A stretch of DNA of 64,000 nucleotides. It comes from Curvularia clavata (Eukaryota). Under the pieces are notes generated by a model. It did no database searches. It was not told the DNA's origin and saw only the letters and a program-made list of their open reading frames with translations. The translations under genes and the position numbers were made by a program. The DNA is taken from assembly GCA_023920165.1 (NCBI GenBank), contig CP089274.1, positions 2,480,001-2,544,000 of the forward strand. The letters run 5' to 3'. This document shows, piece after piece, positions 50,179 through 63,415 of this stretch. Every line of letters begins with the position of its first letter. The first letter of the stretch is position 1.

Positions 50179-51673
50179 ATGCCCTCAAAAAGTGTTCTAG
50201 AATCATCAGAGCTGAACTTGTGTCAAAGAAAAACTCAGCTCAACTGCTTTGATCCCGGGCGGCAGTGGAAAGGACAAGGCGTCAACACCAGTATGTTCGG
50301 CTACTTAGCACATGGATGGGAAGGGTTTCAGGCGGTGTCAGCTTATTGCTGACGATAAGTTTTCCAGTTTGTTATCCTTCAAGTTCTGGTTCGTCTTTTG
50401 TTTATCGAGGCTTTGTGCTATCTGATAGGTGATTGCATCTTCACCCCAACCTGCATCCACCTGGAAAAGTTCGATGATTACTAAGCAGGAAGACATCTCC
50501 TCACACAAAATCTATCATATCATCATACAAAGTATAAACATGCCAGAGGGTGACTTTCAACCTATCATGTTCGCTATGCTCGCAGGCCTCCTTTGCGTGC
50601 TAGGTTAGTAGCAGTTTGTCACAACTCATCAACACTACATAAGGCATATTTCGTCCACAACGTATCATGCTTGCTCCTGTTATTCGTCATTGATGCGGCG
50701 GAACCGCATAGTGAACCTTTGTTCCCGTACTTGGTGTGGGGAAATGCGTTCTTGTGTCTCATCCCCGTACTTGACCTGGAACCCGGGTCAGCGTTTTATT
50801 TACCAGGCCTCCACGCGCCAGTTTACTCACGCCCACATGGTTGCCGTGGGCTGGGCATCATTGCATTGCGCTATCGAGTACTATACTGTCTTGTCAGATG
50901 ACGTATCGCTTCCCTAGGCTCGATCACTTTACGAGTGGTCATCGCGCAGTCTCGAGGGAGGTGTAAGACGATGTACGGGAGCACTTTGTATCTTCATCCA
51001 AGTGCATCTACAGCAGCCTCCTAGATATTGTTATTATACTCTCTCAGATATGCCTTCCTTGATCTGAAGCCCTGGTACTACTGCTGTCCAATCAACAACC
51101 GTAGCCATGGAAAACCCAAGCCTCAATCCTCATAACTCAAAGCGGAATAAGCATCACTGAGTCCCGATCAACACTGCTTCAACGTAAAAGTGGCCCACAT
51201 CTCATATATCAAGCAACCAGACGATGACCAGATGTTGCCGTTTTTCCCGCGGATTAGGGCCTCCGGCTGTTAGTATCCCTGCGATATTCATTTATATTAC
51301 CTTGAAGCGGCCCCGTCCCCCGCGTGACTCGCCAAAACAGCGATTTTGCCTCGTCTTACCATTGGGTGCAGGTTGTCAGTTAATTCGGGCGTTATCCATT
51401 CTTGCATGGTTACACGAGGCCTCCAGAGGGCGCGACCCAGCTCGGTTCGACATGCTCAATATATGGGACAAGGAAGGGGGGTTTTGGTGTCCGCTTTCGA
51501 CAGGCGTTTGGTGGCTTAGGGCGAAGCAATATACAAGATGGTTACGCGTGACACGGATGGAATTCGCAGAGATCCGAAAGAGATATAACAGTAGATGCAT
51601 CCCCAGATTTTAGTATTGCCTCCGGACAAGGTTTTGATACATTGAGCATCTACTTAGGCACTTTCTAACCAAA

Positions 51674-52844
51674 ATGAAAGCTTGGTTGTCATTCACAGCA
51701 GCTGCTTCGCTGCTTACGACGGTGACTGCACATGGAGGTGTCGATAAGTACATTGTAGGCGATACGACTTATGCCGGGTACGGGAATAATCCTTATGCAT
51801 CTCATGATTTAAAGACTGACAAAGTTTAGTTGGTCACCATACAACTCCCCATCCGGACAAAAGAGCATCCAGAGACAATACTCATCCTATGACCCCTTGT
51901 ACATCAAAGATCTCTCGGTAAGACCTAATGGCAATACAAAAGAACATGACTCTGATATATTTCTAGACCGTGAACATCCGATGCAACAACAACGGCGTCC
52001 TTGGTACTGGCCTAACGGGTACGATTGCTGCAGGCCAACAACTGAAGACTCACTGGGCACAATGGACTCACAGGCCGACCTCATTCCTGGTCTACATGGC
52101 GAAATGCCCCGGCTCATGTAATAGCTGGGACGGATCCGGCAAAGTCTGGTGTAAGCAAAACAAACACTCTATCTGAACAAGCAAATTGCTCACCTCTGAA
52201 ATCCAGTCAAGATCTATGAGCAAGGTCTCATCTCCGGCACTGAGAACGCTGGAATCTGGGCCGGAGATGCCATCCTCGACACACTCTATGCTACCGTCAC
52301 CATTCCGGCTACACTGGCAGCCGGCGAGTACCTAGTCAGACATGAGCTCATTGCCGTGCACCAGGCAAATAACCCACAATGTACTTGCCCCCTTGACCAG
52401 CCATACAAATGTACTCTATTAAACTAACCATCTCCAGTCTACCCCGAATGCGCCCAATTCACCGTCACAGGCAGCGGCACCGCATCCCCTTCCTCCTCCT
52501 ACCTTGTCTCTTTCCCCGGTGCATACAGTGCAACTGACCCGGGCATCGCCTTCAACATTGACTCTGATGCCGCTAAGCAAGCAACATCGTATCCCATTCC
52601 AGGGCCTGCGGTGTGGGGTGGAACAGGTAATGGCAGTGGCGGCAGTGCACCAGAGCCGTCTCCTACGTCGGCGCCTACGACTATGGTTACGAGTGCGGTT
52701 CCGGTGCCCGCGACCTCGGCTCCTGCGGCTTGTACGGCGCAGAAGTATGCGCAGTGTGGGGGTAAGGGGTTCAGTGGGTGCACGACTTGTGCGAGTGGAT
52801 CGACGTGTGTGGCGAACGGGGAGTTTTATAGTCAGTGTTTGTGA
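51674..52844 (+). CDS. AA9 lytic polysaccharide monooxygenase with C-terminal CBM1
   Basis: Signal peptide followed by His1 (HGGV), second His in QWTH, YMAKCP, GEYLVRHELIAVH, PQFYPECAQ, S/T/P linker, CBM1 QCGGKGFSGCTTCASGSTC..YSQCL. Four introns. Confidence 0.95.
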
Positions 52845-53772
52845 GGGTAGGGTAGACTTGGGTGTATGAGTTGGTTGTTATTTAATTGAGTTGGGTTGGC
52901 GGCTACTTTGTTTTAATGATGAGGTTTTTCTCTTCTTCTGAATTGCGAATGTGAGATCACATGTTGCTTTCCTGCCCTCTTCGTGGATACATCAATAGCA
53001 TCTAGTGACAAAAGACACACAAAGAGATGGTTGAATCCATACTAGAGAGCTATTAGGCCTGAGTCGTCTTGTTTGTACGCGAGCCGGATCAAAACATACT
53101 CAATGGTCCAACCTCGTGATGGAAATCACGTGGGGTTTCCAACGTTGGTGAAGTAAAACCGATCAAGCATTCATATATTCTTTCTCTCGACGGCCGTCAT
53201 CTTAGGCAGAGCATCTCGCAACTGCTCTTTGTCTTTTTCTGTCGGGGTAAAGCCGAGTTTCTCTTCGGCCACGTCGGATAGGTAGAGCCCTGCGCCCGCG
53301 TAGGCCATGACGCCCACACCAATAATCATACGCGTTTTGGGTGGTATGCTCTTGAACCACCTGGGTGATTGTCAGTAAACCGAACAGGTCTCGGTAAATG
53401 CAGTCAGGTAATTTTCGTACTGCCAGACAGCCATGTTGGGCGTTGGTGAAGTTGCGATTGCTGTGATATCCAAAGCTGGGTATGACGATGCAGAGGATTC
53501 GCAATGCCAAGCCCAGGCCAAGTGCTGGTAGCAGCATGGTTTCACACAATGGCCTCGACAATACATTCATGATTCGAGCCGACTCTCCGATTCCTACAAA
53601 CCCCGTATAGCTTATCGACACTGGCAGGTCATGACATGATATCATTGAAACGCCAACGTCGACTGCTACATCTCCGCATCGCCTCCGTGTACTGAGGACA
53701 GATGTGTGTGCTATTACCACCCGCTTCCTGAGGCCCCCGCCAGCACGATACGGCTTCCACTTTTCTCCAACC

Positions 53773-55482
53773 ATGCCCGGCTTCCGCCGCTGGGGCAGGT
53801 CCAAGTTTGAACGAAATCCCGAGTCGTCGTTTAAGCTCCTCGCCGCCATCATCGTCATCACCCTCTACCTGCTCTTCAAGGAGTTCCAGAACCCGACTTT
53901 TCATGGCCAAGGCACGACGCAAGCTGGCGCACAAATACAATATGCCAAGTGGAACGGCACGGGCAAGGCGGACGAGCCGCGGGCTAAGAGTGTGCGCGAT
54001 GCTATGAAATATACCTTCTCGAAGTACAGGGATCTCGCTTGGGGCTGCGATGACATCTTGCCTGTGTCAGGGGGAAATTCTTCGTCGAGAAATGGCTGGG
54101 GGGCTTTCATCGTAGACTCGGCAAGCACATTGGCTCTCATGGGCCTGTGGGATGAGCTGGCGTTTTCGTTGGAGCACATGGTAGCTATCAACTTTACCCA
54201 AGCAGAGGACCTGGTCGACCCCTTCGAGACTACGATCCGTTATTTAGGCGGGATCCTTTCCGTCGTGGATCTGTATGATGTCGGGATGATACCAGAAGAT
54301 GTACTGACCAAGGAGGCGCGTGGTGTTCTACTTGAGCAAGCTGTCACTCTGGCAGGTAAGCTGGCGCCGGCGTACGACACGCCCACAGGCATGCCGTGGC
54401 CCCGCGTAGACTTTTTGACAGAACGAGGCGAGCCAGATCCCTCTTTCACTCTGAAAGACGACCCTGCGCAGCGTGAGTACGACCATCCCGCAATTGGGCC
54501 TGCACGTGCTGGCTCCTCAATCCTGGAAAACCGCGTCCTTACAAGGTTGACTGGTGACGACATCTATACCCAAAATTCTACAAGAGCATGGGCGCCTCTG
54601 GTGTGGTCAAACTGGAAAACGCCATGGCCGGGGATGGTAGATGCGCCTCTTGATATCATGACTGGAGAGCCTGTTCGCCGCCAAAGACACTGGGATGCTG
54701 GGCACGACTCGTATTACGAGTATCTCGTAAAGATGACACTCCTGGCCCCACCCTCGGACCCTCATATTCCAAAGTACAAGGAACGTTTCATGCGGGCCGC
54801 ATACTCTCTCCGCAGACACCTTGGATCTCGCTCCGCACCTGCATCTGGACACTGGATGCAGCACCTGTACATCGGCCGTCAAGACGATGAACAATTCGAA
54901 AATCGACAGTCACATCTGGCTTGCTTCGCACCAGGCACCATTCTTCTCGCCTCCAAATTCTACAACCAACCCTACCTCCGTACCTTTGCCCTAGCCCTTC
55001 TCGAAGGCTGCCACCACACATACGTCTCGACCCCCACAAAAATCGGCCCAGAAATATGGTCCTGGGTCCCCAAATTTGGCTACGACGAGCCGCTCTTCGT
55101 CCCGGAAACCGTAAGCCAGAAAAAACAGGCCTTGGAAAGCGGCATCTGGGCTCGCGACCCGTCGTACAAGGGCCGCCCGGAGTATGTCGAAAGCGTTTTT
55201 TACGCTTGGCGCATCACAGGCGAGCAGCGCTACCGCGACTGGGCGTGGGACGCCTTTTCAGCACTAGAAAAGCATTGTAAGGCGCCGTTTGGATACGCTC
55301 AGTTGAAGGATGTGTACGATACGCAGACGACAGGAGAGGGCAAGTGGATCGATATGCAAGAGAGTTTTTGGGCTGCCGAGACGCTCAAGTATCTCTGGCT
55401 TACGTTTGCGGATGTGGAAGTAGCGAGTCTGGATAGTTGGGTGTTTAGTACTGAGGGCCATCCTTTCCGGATGATTCGTTGA
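53773..55482 (+). CDS. GH47 class I alpha-1,2-mannosidase (type II membrane anchor)
   Basis: AWGCDDILPVSG, NGWGAFIVDS, FETTIRYLGG, DSYYEYL, SHLACFAPG, RPEYVES, ESFWAAETLKY, FSTEGHP. Intronless. Confidence 0.94.
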   Translation: MPGFRRWGRSKFERNPESSFKLLAAIIVITLYLLFKEFQNPTFHGQGTTQAGAQIQYAKWNGTGKADEPRAKSVRDAMKYTFSKYRDLAWGCDDILPVSGGNSSSRNGWGAFIVDSASTLALMGLWDELAFSLEHMVAINFTQAEDLVDPFETTIRYLGGILSVVDLYDVGMIPEDVLTKEARGVLLEQAVTLAGKLAPAYDTPTGMPWPRVDFLTERGEPDPSFTLKDDPAQREYDHPAIGPARAGSSILENRVLTRLTGDDIYTQNSTRAWAPLVWSNWKTPWPGMVDAPLDIMTGEPVRRQRHWDAGHDSYYEYLVKMTLLAPPSDPHIPKYKERFMRAAYSLRRHLGSRSAPASGHWMQHLYIGRQDDEQFENRQSHLACFAPGTILLASKFYNQPYLRTFALALLEGCHHTYVSTPTKIGPEIWSWVPKFGYDEPLFVPETVSQKKQALESGIWARDPSYKGRPEYVESVFYAWRITGEQRYRDWAWDAFSALEKHCKAPFGYAQLKDVYDTQTTGEGKWIDMQESFWAAETLKYLWLTFADVEVASLDSWVFSTEGHPFRMIR

Positions 55483-55917
55483 GCGTATGGGGTGTTTGTG
55501 GGGAGAGAAGAAAAACATAAGAGTGATTTACATGGATTTAGGTACGAAAGGACGCAATGATACCCGGTTACTTTGTATTTGTAGCGGAGTTGGAACCAAA
55601 AAAAGCCATTGTTAAGAGTGTTAATTTGTGCTCCATACTGTGAAATAAGCCATGGCGGTAAAGTAGAAACCAACACATATGCAAGTTTGGGTGTAGATAT
55701 TCATAACATTCTATGCATTGCCAAACACCGTCATTTTGGGACAAGCACTCCAAGTCTTGAATTTATAGAACAAGAAGCATTCATGTGCCTCAATCCGACC
55801 TTCATATACATAAAACACTTTTTTTTTCGATCTCATGCTCCATCCTTTGACTCAATTTTCCCTAATAATCACAGTCGTATCCTCATTCCCCTCACCTGCG
55901 TCAACCGAGCCAGCATA

Positions 55918-57915
55918 TCACAACCCCCTTGAATCAATTTCAACCACGGGCCCCGTATACCGCCTCCGTGCGTAAAGCACATAGTACAGGACACTAAACA
56001 GCGCCACTCCCGCCGTCACGACGCCAGCCCAATTCATGCTCGCAAGCGAGGGGTGAGCCTGTGTAGGCCAGAAGCTGAAGAAGATAATTAGGCAGAGGTA
56101 GCAGATGGCGAAGACGTTGTTTGCAACGCCCATCGCGCCTTTGAGGCGCCAGGGGCCCCAGGTTATATGGGGTTCGGGGTTGGGGGATTGTGCTGGGTCA
56201 AGGTGTTGGTTATTGGGGGTGTCGAGGTCGCCGCGTAGACGCCGCCAGAGGAGCAGGCTGATGGCGAGGAGGTAGGAGAGGTAGAAGCCTTCGAGGACGA
56301 GGGAGATTGTGCCGTTGAAGGCGGCGCTGCTGCCGATGTTGATGAGGGCGAGGAGGGCGGCGAGGAGAGTGACGATGAGAATGGAGACGACGGGAATAGT
56401 GCTGCGTTTGTCGATCTGTTTTCGAGTTTTGTTAGATCCACGTTATCTTTTCTGGAGGTTTTGGGACATACCATGCTAAGGGCCCGGGAAAAAGGCAGAC
56501 CTCGATCGCGGGCAAAGGACCATGTCATGCGTGATGCTGCGGCTAGACAGCCCATTGCACTGCAAAACTCTAGCAGCACGATAATGGATACCATGACTGT
56601 AGCGCCGGCCTTGGTTCCAACGGCATGGTTGAATATGCGTAGGAAAGGGGCTGTTGGCGCCGTTGCGTCCCGCAGCATGCCTGGGATATCGTGGGCGCTG
56701 AAAAGTACGGCGAAAAGCATACCAAATGCAAGTGTACCGTTGATGATGAGGCTGAGCAACATAGAGCGCGGGACTTCGCTGCTTGCGTTCTTCACTTCTT
56801 CCGACATCTACGTTTTCCACAGTGAGCATAGGGTCATTAAAGCGATATCGCCTGACTTACATGAACAACAGAGTCTGTTCCAACGAAAGCCAGGGCATTG
56901 CCTTGCAAGCCGACAAAAAAGGCCAATGTTTGAGTGCTCCAAGCTCCTTCGTTGTGAAATGTCGAGAAGATGTCTTTGGCGGAATTATGGGTGGGTGTCA
57001 GGTACACCAAAGGAACGAGGATGCCGAAGAAACCAAGGATATGTATAATCAGTATCATGACCTCGATTGTGGGCAGTGCACCGCTAACGAAAACGTTGAT
57101 AAAGACGCAGAGGAGCAGCAGTGCCCACAGGAGGAGCGTGACGTGCCATCCATCTCGGACATAGGCCCCATTGGCATCGTTTAGACTGACTAGTTGTAGG
57201 ATAAGGTCGGCAACGAAGTAGCACACCGAAGTCAGAGCTGCGATCCATCCGATAACCGTAAGCCAGCCTGTATATGTTAGAGAATGCAATAGGAAGGAAG
57301 ACAATTAAAACTCAACGTACCCGTCACGTAACTAAAGAACCTCTTACTCGATCGCGGCGCCAGAAGTGATACCCAGTGGTATTGGCCTCCAGCTGTCGGT
57401 ACCGCACTTGCCAGCTCTCCGATGCATGTGAAGACGGAGAAGTTACCGAGCCATATGAGTATGAAGCCGTATATAAGGCCTGCAGGTCCGCCGCTATACC
57501 AGAATGATCAAATTCTGTTTAGATAATTTGCGAGCTAGAGTTTCTTGCTTACTTGGTGAAGCCGATTGAGAAAACACTGCGATAGCTTATGTTAGTAGTG
57601 CCTTTTCGCGATCAACGGCGCATGCTTACACGAGTAGTGTTTCCCAAGTACACATCAAGCCGCAGGACAGGCCTGTCATCGACACCAGCCCAAAGCGACG
57701 CTGCCAGAGTCAGACCAACCCGAAAAAACGGTTGCGTATGAACGCGTGTACGCGGGGATCACACTCACCTTCAACACCTGCTTCTTTCCCACTCTCGCCA
57801 ACTCGTACCTGTCGCGATCAAATTGTTCACCCTTTGACCCCGCCATCGTGCGCCTTGTCCTCGGCTGGAGAATGGCGTCCTCGTCCAAGCCCTGAAGATC
57901 GATTCTTTTCTCCAT
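55918..57915 (-). CDS. APC-superfamily amino-acid/choline/GABA permease
   Basis: ELARVGKKQVLK, ELASAVPTAGGQYHWV, VHMSEEVKNAS, AASRMTWSFARDRGLPFS, WGPWRL, SFWPT, MNWA, RRYTGP. Multiple introns. Confidence 0.9.
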
Positions 57916-60333
57916 GTTGTGTCTTGCGATTTTTCCGTCTCACTCTTTCCCCTCTTTCCCACCACCCTAGAAAAGGAATCCGCGCTAAAATTGGCCTGAT
58001 ACAACCAGGAAAGAGAAGTCTCGTGGAAAGGAAAAAGGGTGTCGTGAAATGAAGAGTATGACGTAATCCGTCAGTTCCCCATGCGCGAAAGCAAACGGCT
58101 ACCCCAAATTAGTAATCTCCAAGAGTGAAAGTAAAGGTTCAAGATGAGAAATAGCAGAAAAGTGAAAGTAAACAGCCGGTTCGACCCAACGAGAGGCAAA
58201 GAAAAAAAGGGCCGGTTGATGGTGACACAAAAGGCACATATGGCGAATGCAAGTCAATCTCCATATATGTAAAGGCTTCCCACGACGGCGGCAGCAGCAG
58301 CGTGGAAGCATGTGCTTTGCAGCGGGAAGACCGGCGGAAAGAGCCGAGGGCCGGTCGCCGAGGACAGCAAAACAATCAGGGAAGATAGAGCACGGAGGAA
58401 AAGGTACGGGGGCAAAGAGGGGGGCTGGCAACTTGGTCATGCCAATGCCGCAAATGACGGGGGTAGGTAGGTAAGGGTATTCAGGGACAACAAAAGCTCA
58501 ACTACCTTAGATTAGGTACTGAGAACCTGCGTTTTTCTCCGACGACACCTATATCCCAAGGGCCTTTGTACATAGGCCTTCTGCAGTGACGGCGGCAAAG
58601 TCGACACATTGCACTGCAGGAAACCCATTTGGCTAAGTGGTGAAGGAAAGAGTCCAATTGGTTGCTCTTTTTCCCCTACGTGCAATGGTACGATTGGGGC
58701 TGTTCACAGGCTGCAGAAAGCGGTGATGTGCATAAGATGTGGATTTGCTCCCTTTCCTCCGGTTCGTTTCGTTTCCTATGGGACCTTCTTTCCCTGGCCA
58801 GGTAAAGAGACGGGGTGCGGAGCAAACGCGGTTCTTCCCACGGACGTTTGTTCGTCTGTTTGCTATACGGGTATGAGATTTGTGGGCTTTCATTGGGTGC
58901 AAGGAGGAGAAGATGACATGCCCAGCCTGCACGGAGTGACATGGTGTCTGTGCGTAGGCGTCTTGGGATATTAGGTTGGCCAAAAAGAGAAAGAGAATTG
59001 ATGCGGCGCAGAAGAGGCGAGGAACTTGGTTTCACTCGGCATGTGACACCCCACCACAAGAAACATGTGTATACTAACTCCGAGTGTGCCATAGGCAAGT
59101 AGCAACAAGAAGAAAAAAGTTGTCATACCAATGTAGTTGAGACCGCGGAATCCCCCACAAGCATCGCAATGGTACACACGTGGAACAGGTTTCCTGCACC
59201 AGGGGTCGAGTGAAAGGGCAATGTATCGTGTCTGATACTGTAGCACATCAACGGTGTTGGCACCATAGTATACGCATTCTCCACGTGGGAATGCCTGCCC
59301 TTCCCCATCACCATACACCTCTTGCACACTAGCACCGAAATTCCATTGAGATACATGTCCGCAAAAATATCACCAGACGTCTCCTCTGTTTGTCCCACAT
59401 AACCCACCTTCCAGGGAAGCCACGTACAAACGCCCCGCCCGACACTTGTAACTGCATGTCTTGAAGGACCCGAGATCCGGTCTCCAGCACATACCTAACA
59501 GAAGCTTATCTCAGTCTTCCCCGCACCCGGATCATGGTTACCCATGTCCCTCTGTTTCTCACATAGAAGAAACTGTCAAACCACCTGGATACATGCATTA
59601 CACCAATCTCCGGGAACCTGCATTCCCACGCACTTTTTCCCGGCATTGTCGCATCCTCCCAGCGGGACTTGACATGTACTCCTCACTGTGTGCTGCCCTA
59701 TGTTACGTCGTTTAGCAGCATGCGTGGAGCTTTCTTTTCCTTGTTCTATGGTAGCATGACAAGGCCGGCGCAGTGTTCCCAGCGGCAGTGGTACAGGGGC
59801 TGCTGTTGACTGGACGCTCGGAGCGTGGCACCCGACGAAACGACACGGCGTTTTTTTAAGGGCTTGGATTGTACATGCAACTAAGAGAGCTAGTGTGGTC
59901 GTTGATTAGATACGTGTTGCAAAGTAGTGCGGGATGAGAGGGCAGAGAGAGTGTGATGTCGAGGTTACTTTAGTGGTGGAACGTTTGGAAAACAAGTGTG
60001 ATTGAGAAAAATGGTGCTATTGCGCTGAGATTACTTCTTTGATTGAGTATTGACGACGAGATGTGAGTGGAGGTCAATTCGGATATATAGTGGGGTTGAT
60101 GAAGACATTCAGCCGATTTAAGATTGAAAGTACGTCTATATACCTGAGATCAAAGTGGCTGATAATTACCAGACCTCGGCAGTATTTAGAGAGATGGCGT
60201 CTTCTTTCTACAGTACGCTCGTCAGATAATATACATCCCGTTTAATCATGATATGTAATAAGACTCTGCACTGACTACAGGTCTCATCTGTGAGCAGTAT
60301 AAGAGAATGCAACGCCCCGTCTCCAAGCCAGCC

Positions 60334-61935
60334 TCAGCGCATAACCTCAATCTCATCGCTCGAGCCATCCCGCCCCCTAACATCAGCCTCCTCCCACTCC
60401 GCACTCACAACCGTCGTCTTCAAGATCTGCGAATGACTCGCCGTGCTTCCGGTCTCCCACCTTTTGTCATATCCATGCCTATGTACAGCCGTGATCTCAA
60501 CGTCCATCTCCCCATCCAAACGCCTCGGGCCTCCAGGTACCCCAGACGCAGAATTTGTATGCGTAGTTTTCTCCTGGGAAAGCATAGGGAGAAATCGCTT
60601 CATACCTTTGCTCCCAGCGTAATGTTTTTTCTTACTTGACCTCGAAGTGCCAGCACCAAATTTGGACGTGATGCTAGATAGCTGGTAAGAGTTGCTTTTA
60701 TTCCGAGAGACGTGCTCAGAGTTTGTGCCCCGACGGCGCAGCTCGTCGCTGCCATACAGACCTGACGGAACAGACTCCAAAAGTGGTCGTATGTAAGGGA
60801 CACATGACGTGATAATAGTGATGCATTCTACAATCTGGGTGAGGAGCGTCCATTTCCAGAGTTCCTTCGTGGGATTGGGAGAGGAGAAGCCGTCAAGATA
60901 GACCATCTGAACGGCAGTTGCGATAATGTCTCTAAGAAGTGTGAGTCGGAGGCTTTCCAGCTAGTAATATAATAGTCATGAGAACTCACAGCGCACGTGC
61001 ACCAAAAAAGGTGAGGATAGTGCTCTTCTTGCTCAAGCTCATCTGCAGCGTCATGACGATGCGGACCGGAAATGCGATAAGCACCAGGTCAGTGAGGATG
61101 TTGATGACGCTCATGGAACGCCAGAAAGATACCTATAGACTAGTGAGCACTCAGGAAACAAGCCGGTAATGAACGGCAACCTACAATATTGAAACACATC
61201 TCCTTGTCACCTAAGAGGCGCCATGGATGGGTAGTTCCGCATTGAAATGCTAGAACGCATATCGAAAATGCAGCCCAGAGAACCATAAAGGCAGCGAATC
61301 CCAGACCGAGATGACGGTGCGATTTTGAGGCAGTTAGGATCATGATCAGGGAGATGATGGATAGTTTGGCGAATCCTAGAGTGGCAATGTATAGCATACC
61401 ATTCGCATATTCCGCCTGTAAGACGCTTAGTATATGATTAAGTAAGGGTCAGCCTACCTTTTTTCCCTAGATAATATTGAAAAGCGAATTGCACCACGCG
61501 AGCCCGTGGTAGAACAAACAAACAAATAATTGAACAAGAATAAACTTCCAAGTTGTCTTACCTTTCGATATGCCATGAGGTCGCCTTCAGTCAGTGACGC
61601 AATGTCCCTTCCAAGACCATTCTGTACCTGGGTACTGATCGCCGCACCTGATGCTATGCTTGTAATCTAATCAACCCATAATCAGTGCTCTGAAAGCTTA
61701 ACAGAGTAGACATGAATTGGCGATGACATACCAAAGCGAGCATTACAAAAGCATCGTCAACATCCATCCTCCTCCGGAGCGCCCGTTTCGTAATGAGTCT
61801 AGTAACAACCGCCAACGCGGAAGTGATCAGTAAGATCCAGGTGACAACATTGACGAACGGTCCGACATCCGTGCTACTTCCCGGCCGCCGTGGAGTGGGA
61901 TGGTGGGAAGAAGGCAAAGACAATACTGCCATCAT
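60334..61935 (-). CDS. Pth11-like (fungal rhodopsin-domain) seven-TM membrane protein, no CFEM domain seen
   Basis: AVVTRL..K......DD.F...A, NGLGRDI, LYIATLGFAKLSI, AFQC...PW, TQIVECITIITSCVPYIRPLLES, S-rich cytoplasmic tail. Multiple introns. Confidence 0.85.
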
Positions 61936-63106
61936 CGCATTCGCCTCGAACTCGTGTCAAAAAAGTAAGACACTTGAAGGTTCGTATTGCGAAAAAAAAG
62001 GCGTTAGCGGTGACGACAGACAACTACTCAACCATAGATCAGGGCAACGCCAGCAGCCTCAGTGGTGAGAGATAAAAAACGCCCGATTAATCAGCACTGG
62101 CCAACACAAACGAAAGGGGAAAAAATGTGTGCGGCTGCCAAACGCCTTGATGCGTCTCCCTGTTCATCAGATTGTGTAAGAGTGAATCCGGAGAAGCAAA
62201 CGAAACCCGGGCCGCGAGCGGTGATTGGGAAAGCCAATTGCATCCATATTGCACAAAGTAGTTATCCGCCGTCTGTCTACACAATACAAAAGGCACTTGT
62301 AAGTACGCGAAACAAGATGGACTCGAGACTGGTAGAAAGGCAGCGATTTCGCGTATCCTGGATGTAAAAAAGATGCCATTGTGCAGCGTTGCACGAATGA
62401 ACACAAAGAGGGAGAAGATTGGTATTCAAGGGCGTAAAGTGTTGTATGTATGACCCATTGAGACGGCCCTTTCTTGGTGAGTTTGTATTGCACAGTCAGG
62501 TAAATATGTAAGCCATTTTGGGTTAGCCAGGTCGAACCGTACTCCCAATCACTGCTACAAGCAGCCTTATCGTGGTGTTTGGGGCTTGCTAGCTTTGATA
62601 GGCTAGGTGATCTGCGTCAATGCCGACCCATCGTTGTGGGACCTGTAGCACATCAATCTCGGCACTGTATCACGGCAGTAGTACCAGGAGGGATGAAACA
62701 GGCGAATGGGTGCCAGAGTCGTAACACGACTGCCAGCACACTCCTGATGCGGTGCTCTATTGATGTTCCAGGCTGTGACCGGGTCACCGCCGCAGTGGTG
62801 GAGACCCACTCTGGAGAGTGGCTGCTCACAAGTTGCTGCATGGGAAACGTCAGGGAACATCGCCAAGTCGGGGAGGGCCTGCTTGACAAAGACCGAGGGG
62901 GCGGATGGCGGGATGATACGGAGAGCCAAAATTTCAAGTATGACGATTTTTCTTCATTGAACTTGCTGATAAAAAAACATACAGAACAAAACATCGTGCT
63001 TTCGGTTTGTATTGAGCGCAAGCTAGTTGGTTTCATCACTTTAAACACTAGGAGTCAGTCATTTATCGAAACAGGGAGAGGCAGGGTGATTTACCTCCGA
63101 ATTCCT

Positions 63107-63415
63107 TCAGCAATAATTTGGTGTCGCAGATCTTTTAGCAACCGTGAGTTCTTCGATTTCTGGGGCTGCCTCTTCTCTGGACAGGTGGTGTATAAGCTCT
63201 TTGAGATCTTCGAAATCTTGCCAAGATACATCTCCAATATCACCAAGTGATGGTTTACCGCCCTCCCAATGAACTCTGTCGTCGATAGGTGCCGGGTTTC
63301 TGGCTACTTCGTTAATATCGGGCACAGCTCGAGATACCGGTTGCGTAGACACAGGGGCGGCAGAGATGTTCAGTACGAAGCCAAGTAGCGGAAGTAGTGT
63401 GGTGAGGGCGTGCAT
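63107..63415 (-). CDS. Small secreted protein/peptide precursor (102 aa), unknown function
   Basis: CACCATG Kozak context, hydrophobic signal peptide MHALTTLLPLLGFVLNISA|APV, acidic body, KR site before C-terminal SATPNYC. Confidence 0.6.
   Translation of the reverse strand: MHALTTLLPLLGFVLNISAAPVSTQPVSRAVPDINEVARNPAPIDDRVHWEGGKPSLGDIGDVSWQDFEDLKELIHHLSREEAAPEIEELTVAKRSATPNYC

Noticed and set aside
53202..53861. 219-aa minus-strand ORF overlapping the GH47 start
   Set aside because: Antisense and promoter overlap, no recognisable features
37027..55482. CAZyme cluster (GH26, AA9, GH47)
   Set aside because: The genes are separated by unrelated housekeeping genes, and GH47 acts in N-glycan processing; no evidence of a co-regulated cluster
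56163..56807. Apparent frameshift in the permease
   Set aside because: Explained by an intron before IDKRSTIPV; the spliced frame runs intact to 55918
62579..63250. 223-aa plus-strand ORF and nearby minus-strand ORFs
   Set aside because: No coding signature or recognisable domain; the signal-peptide ORF 63107-63415 is the better-supported gene
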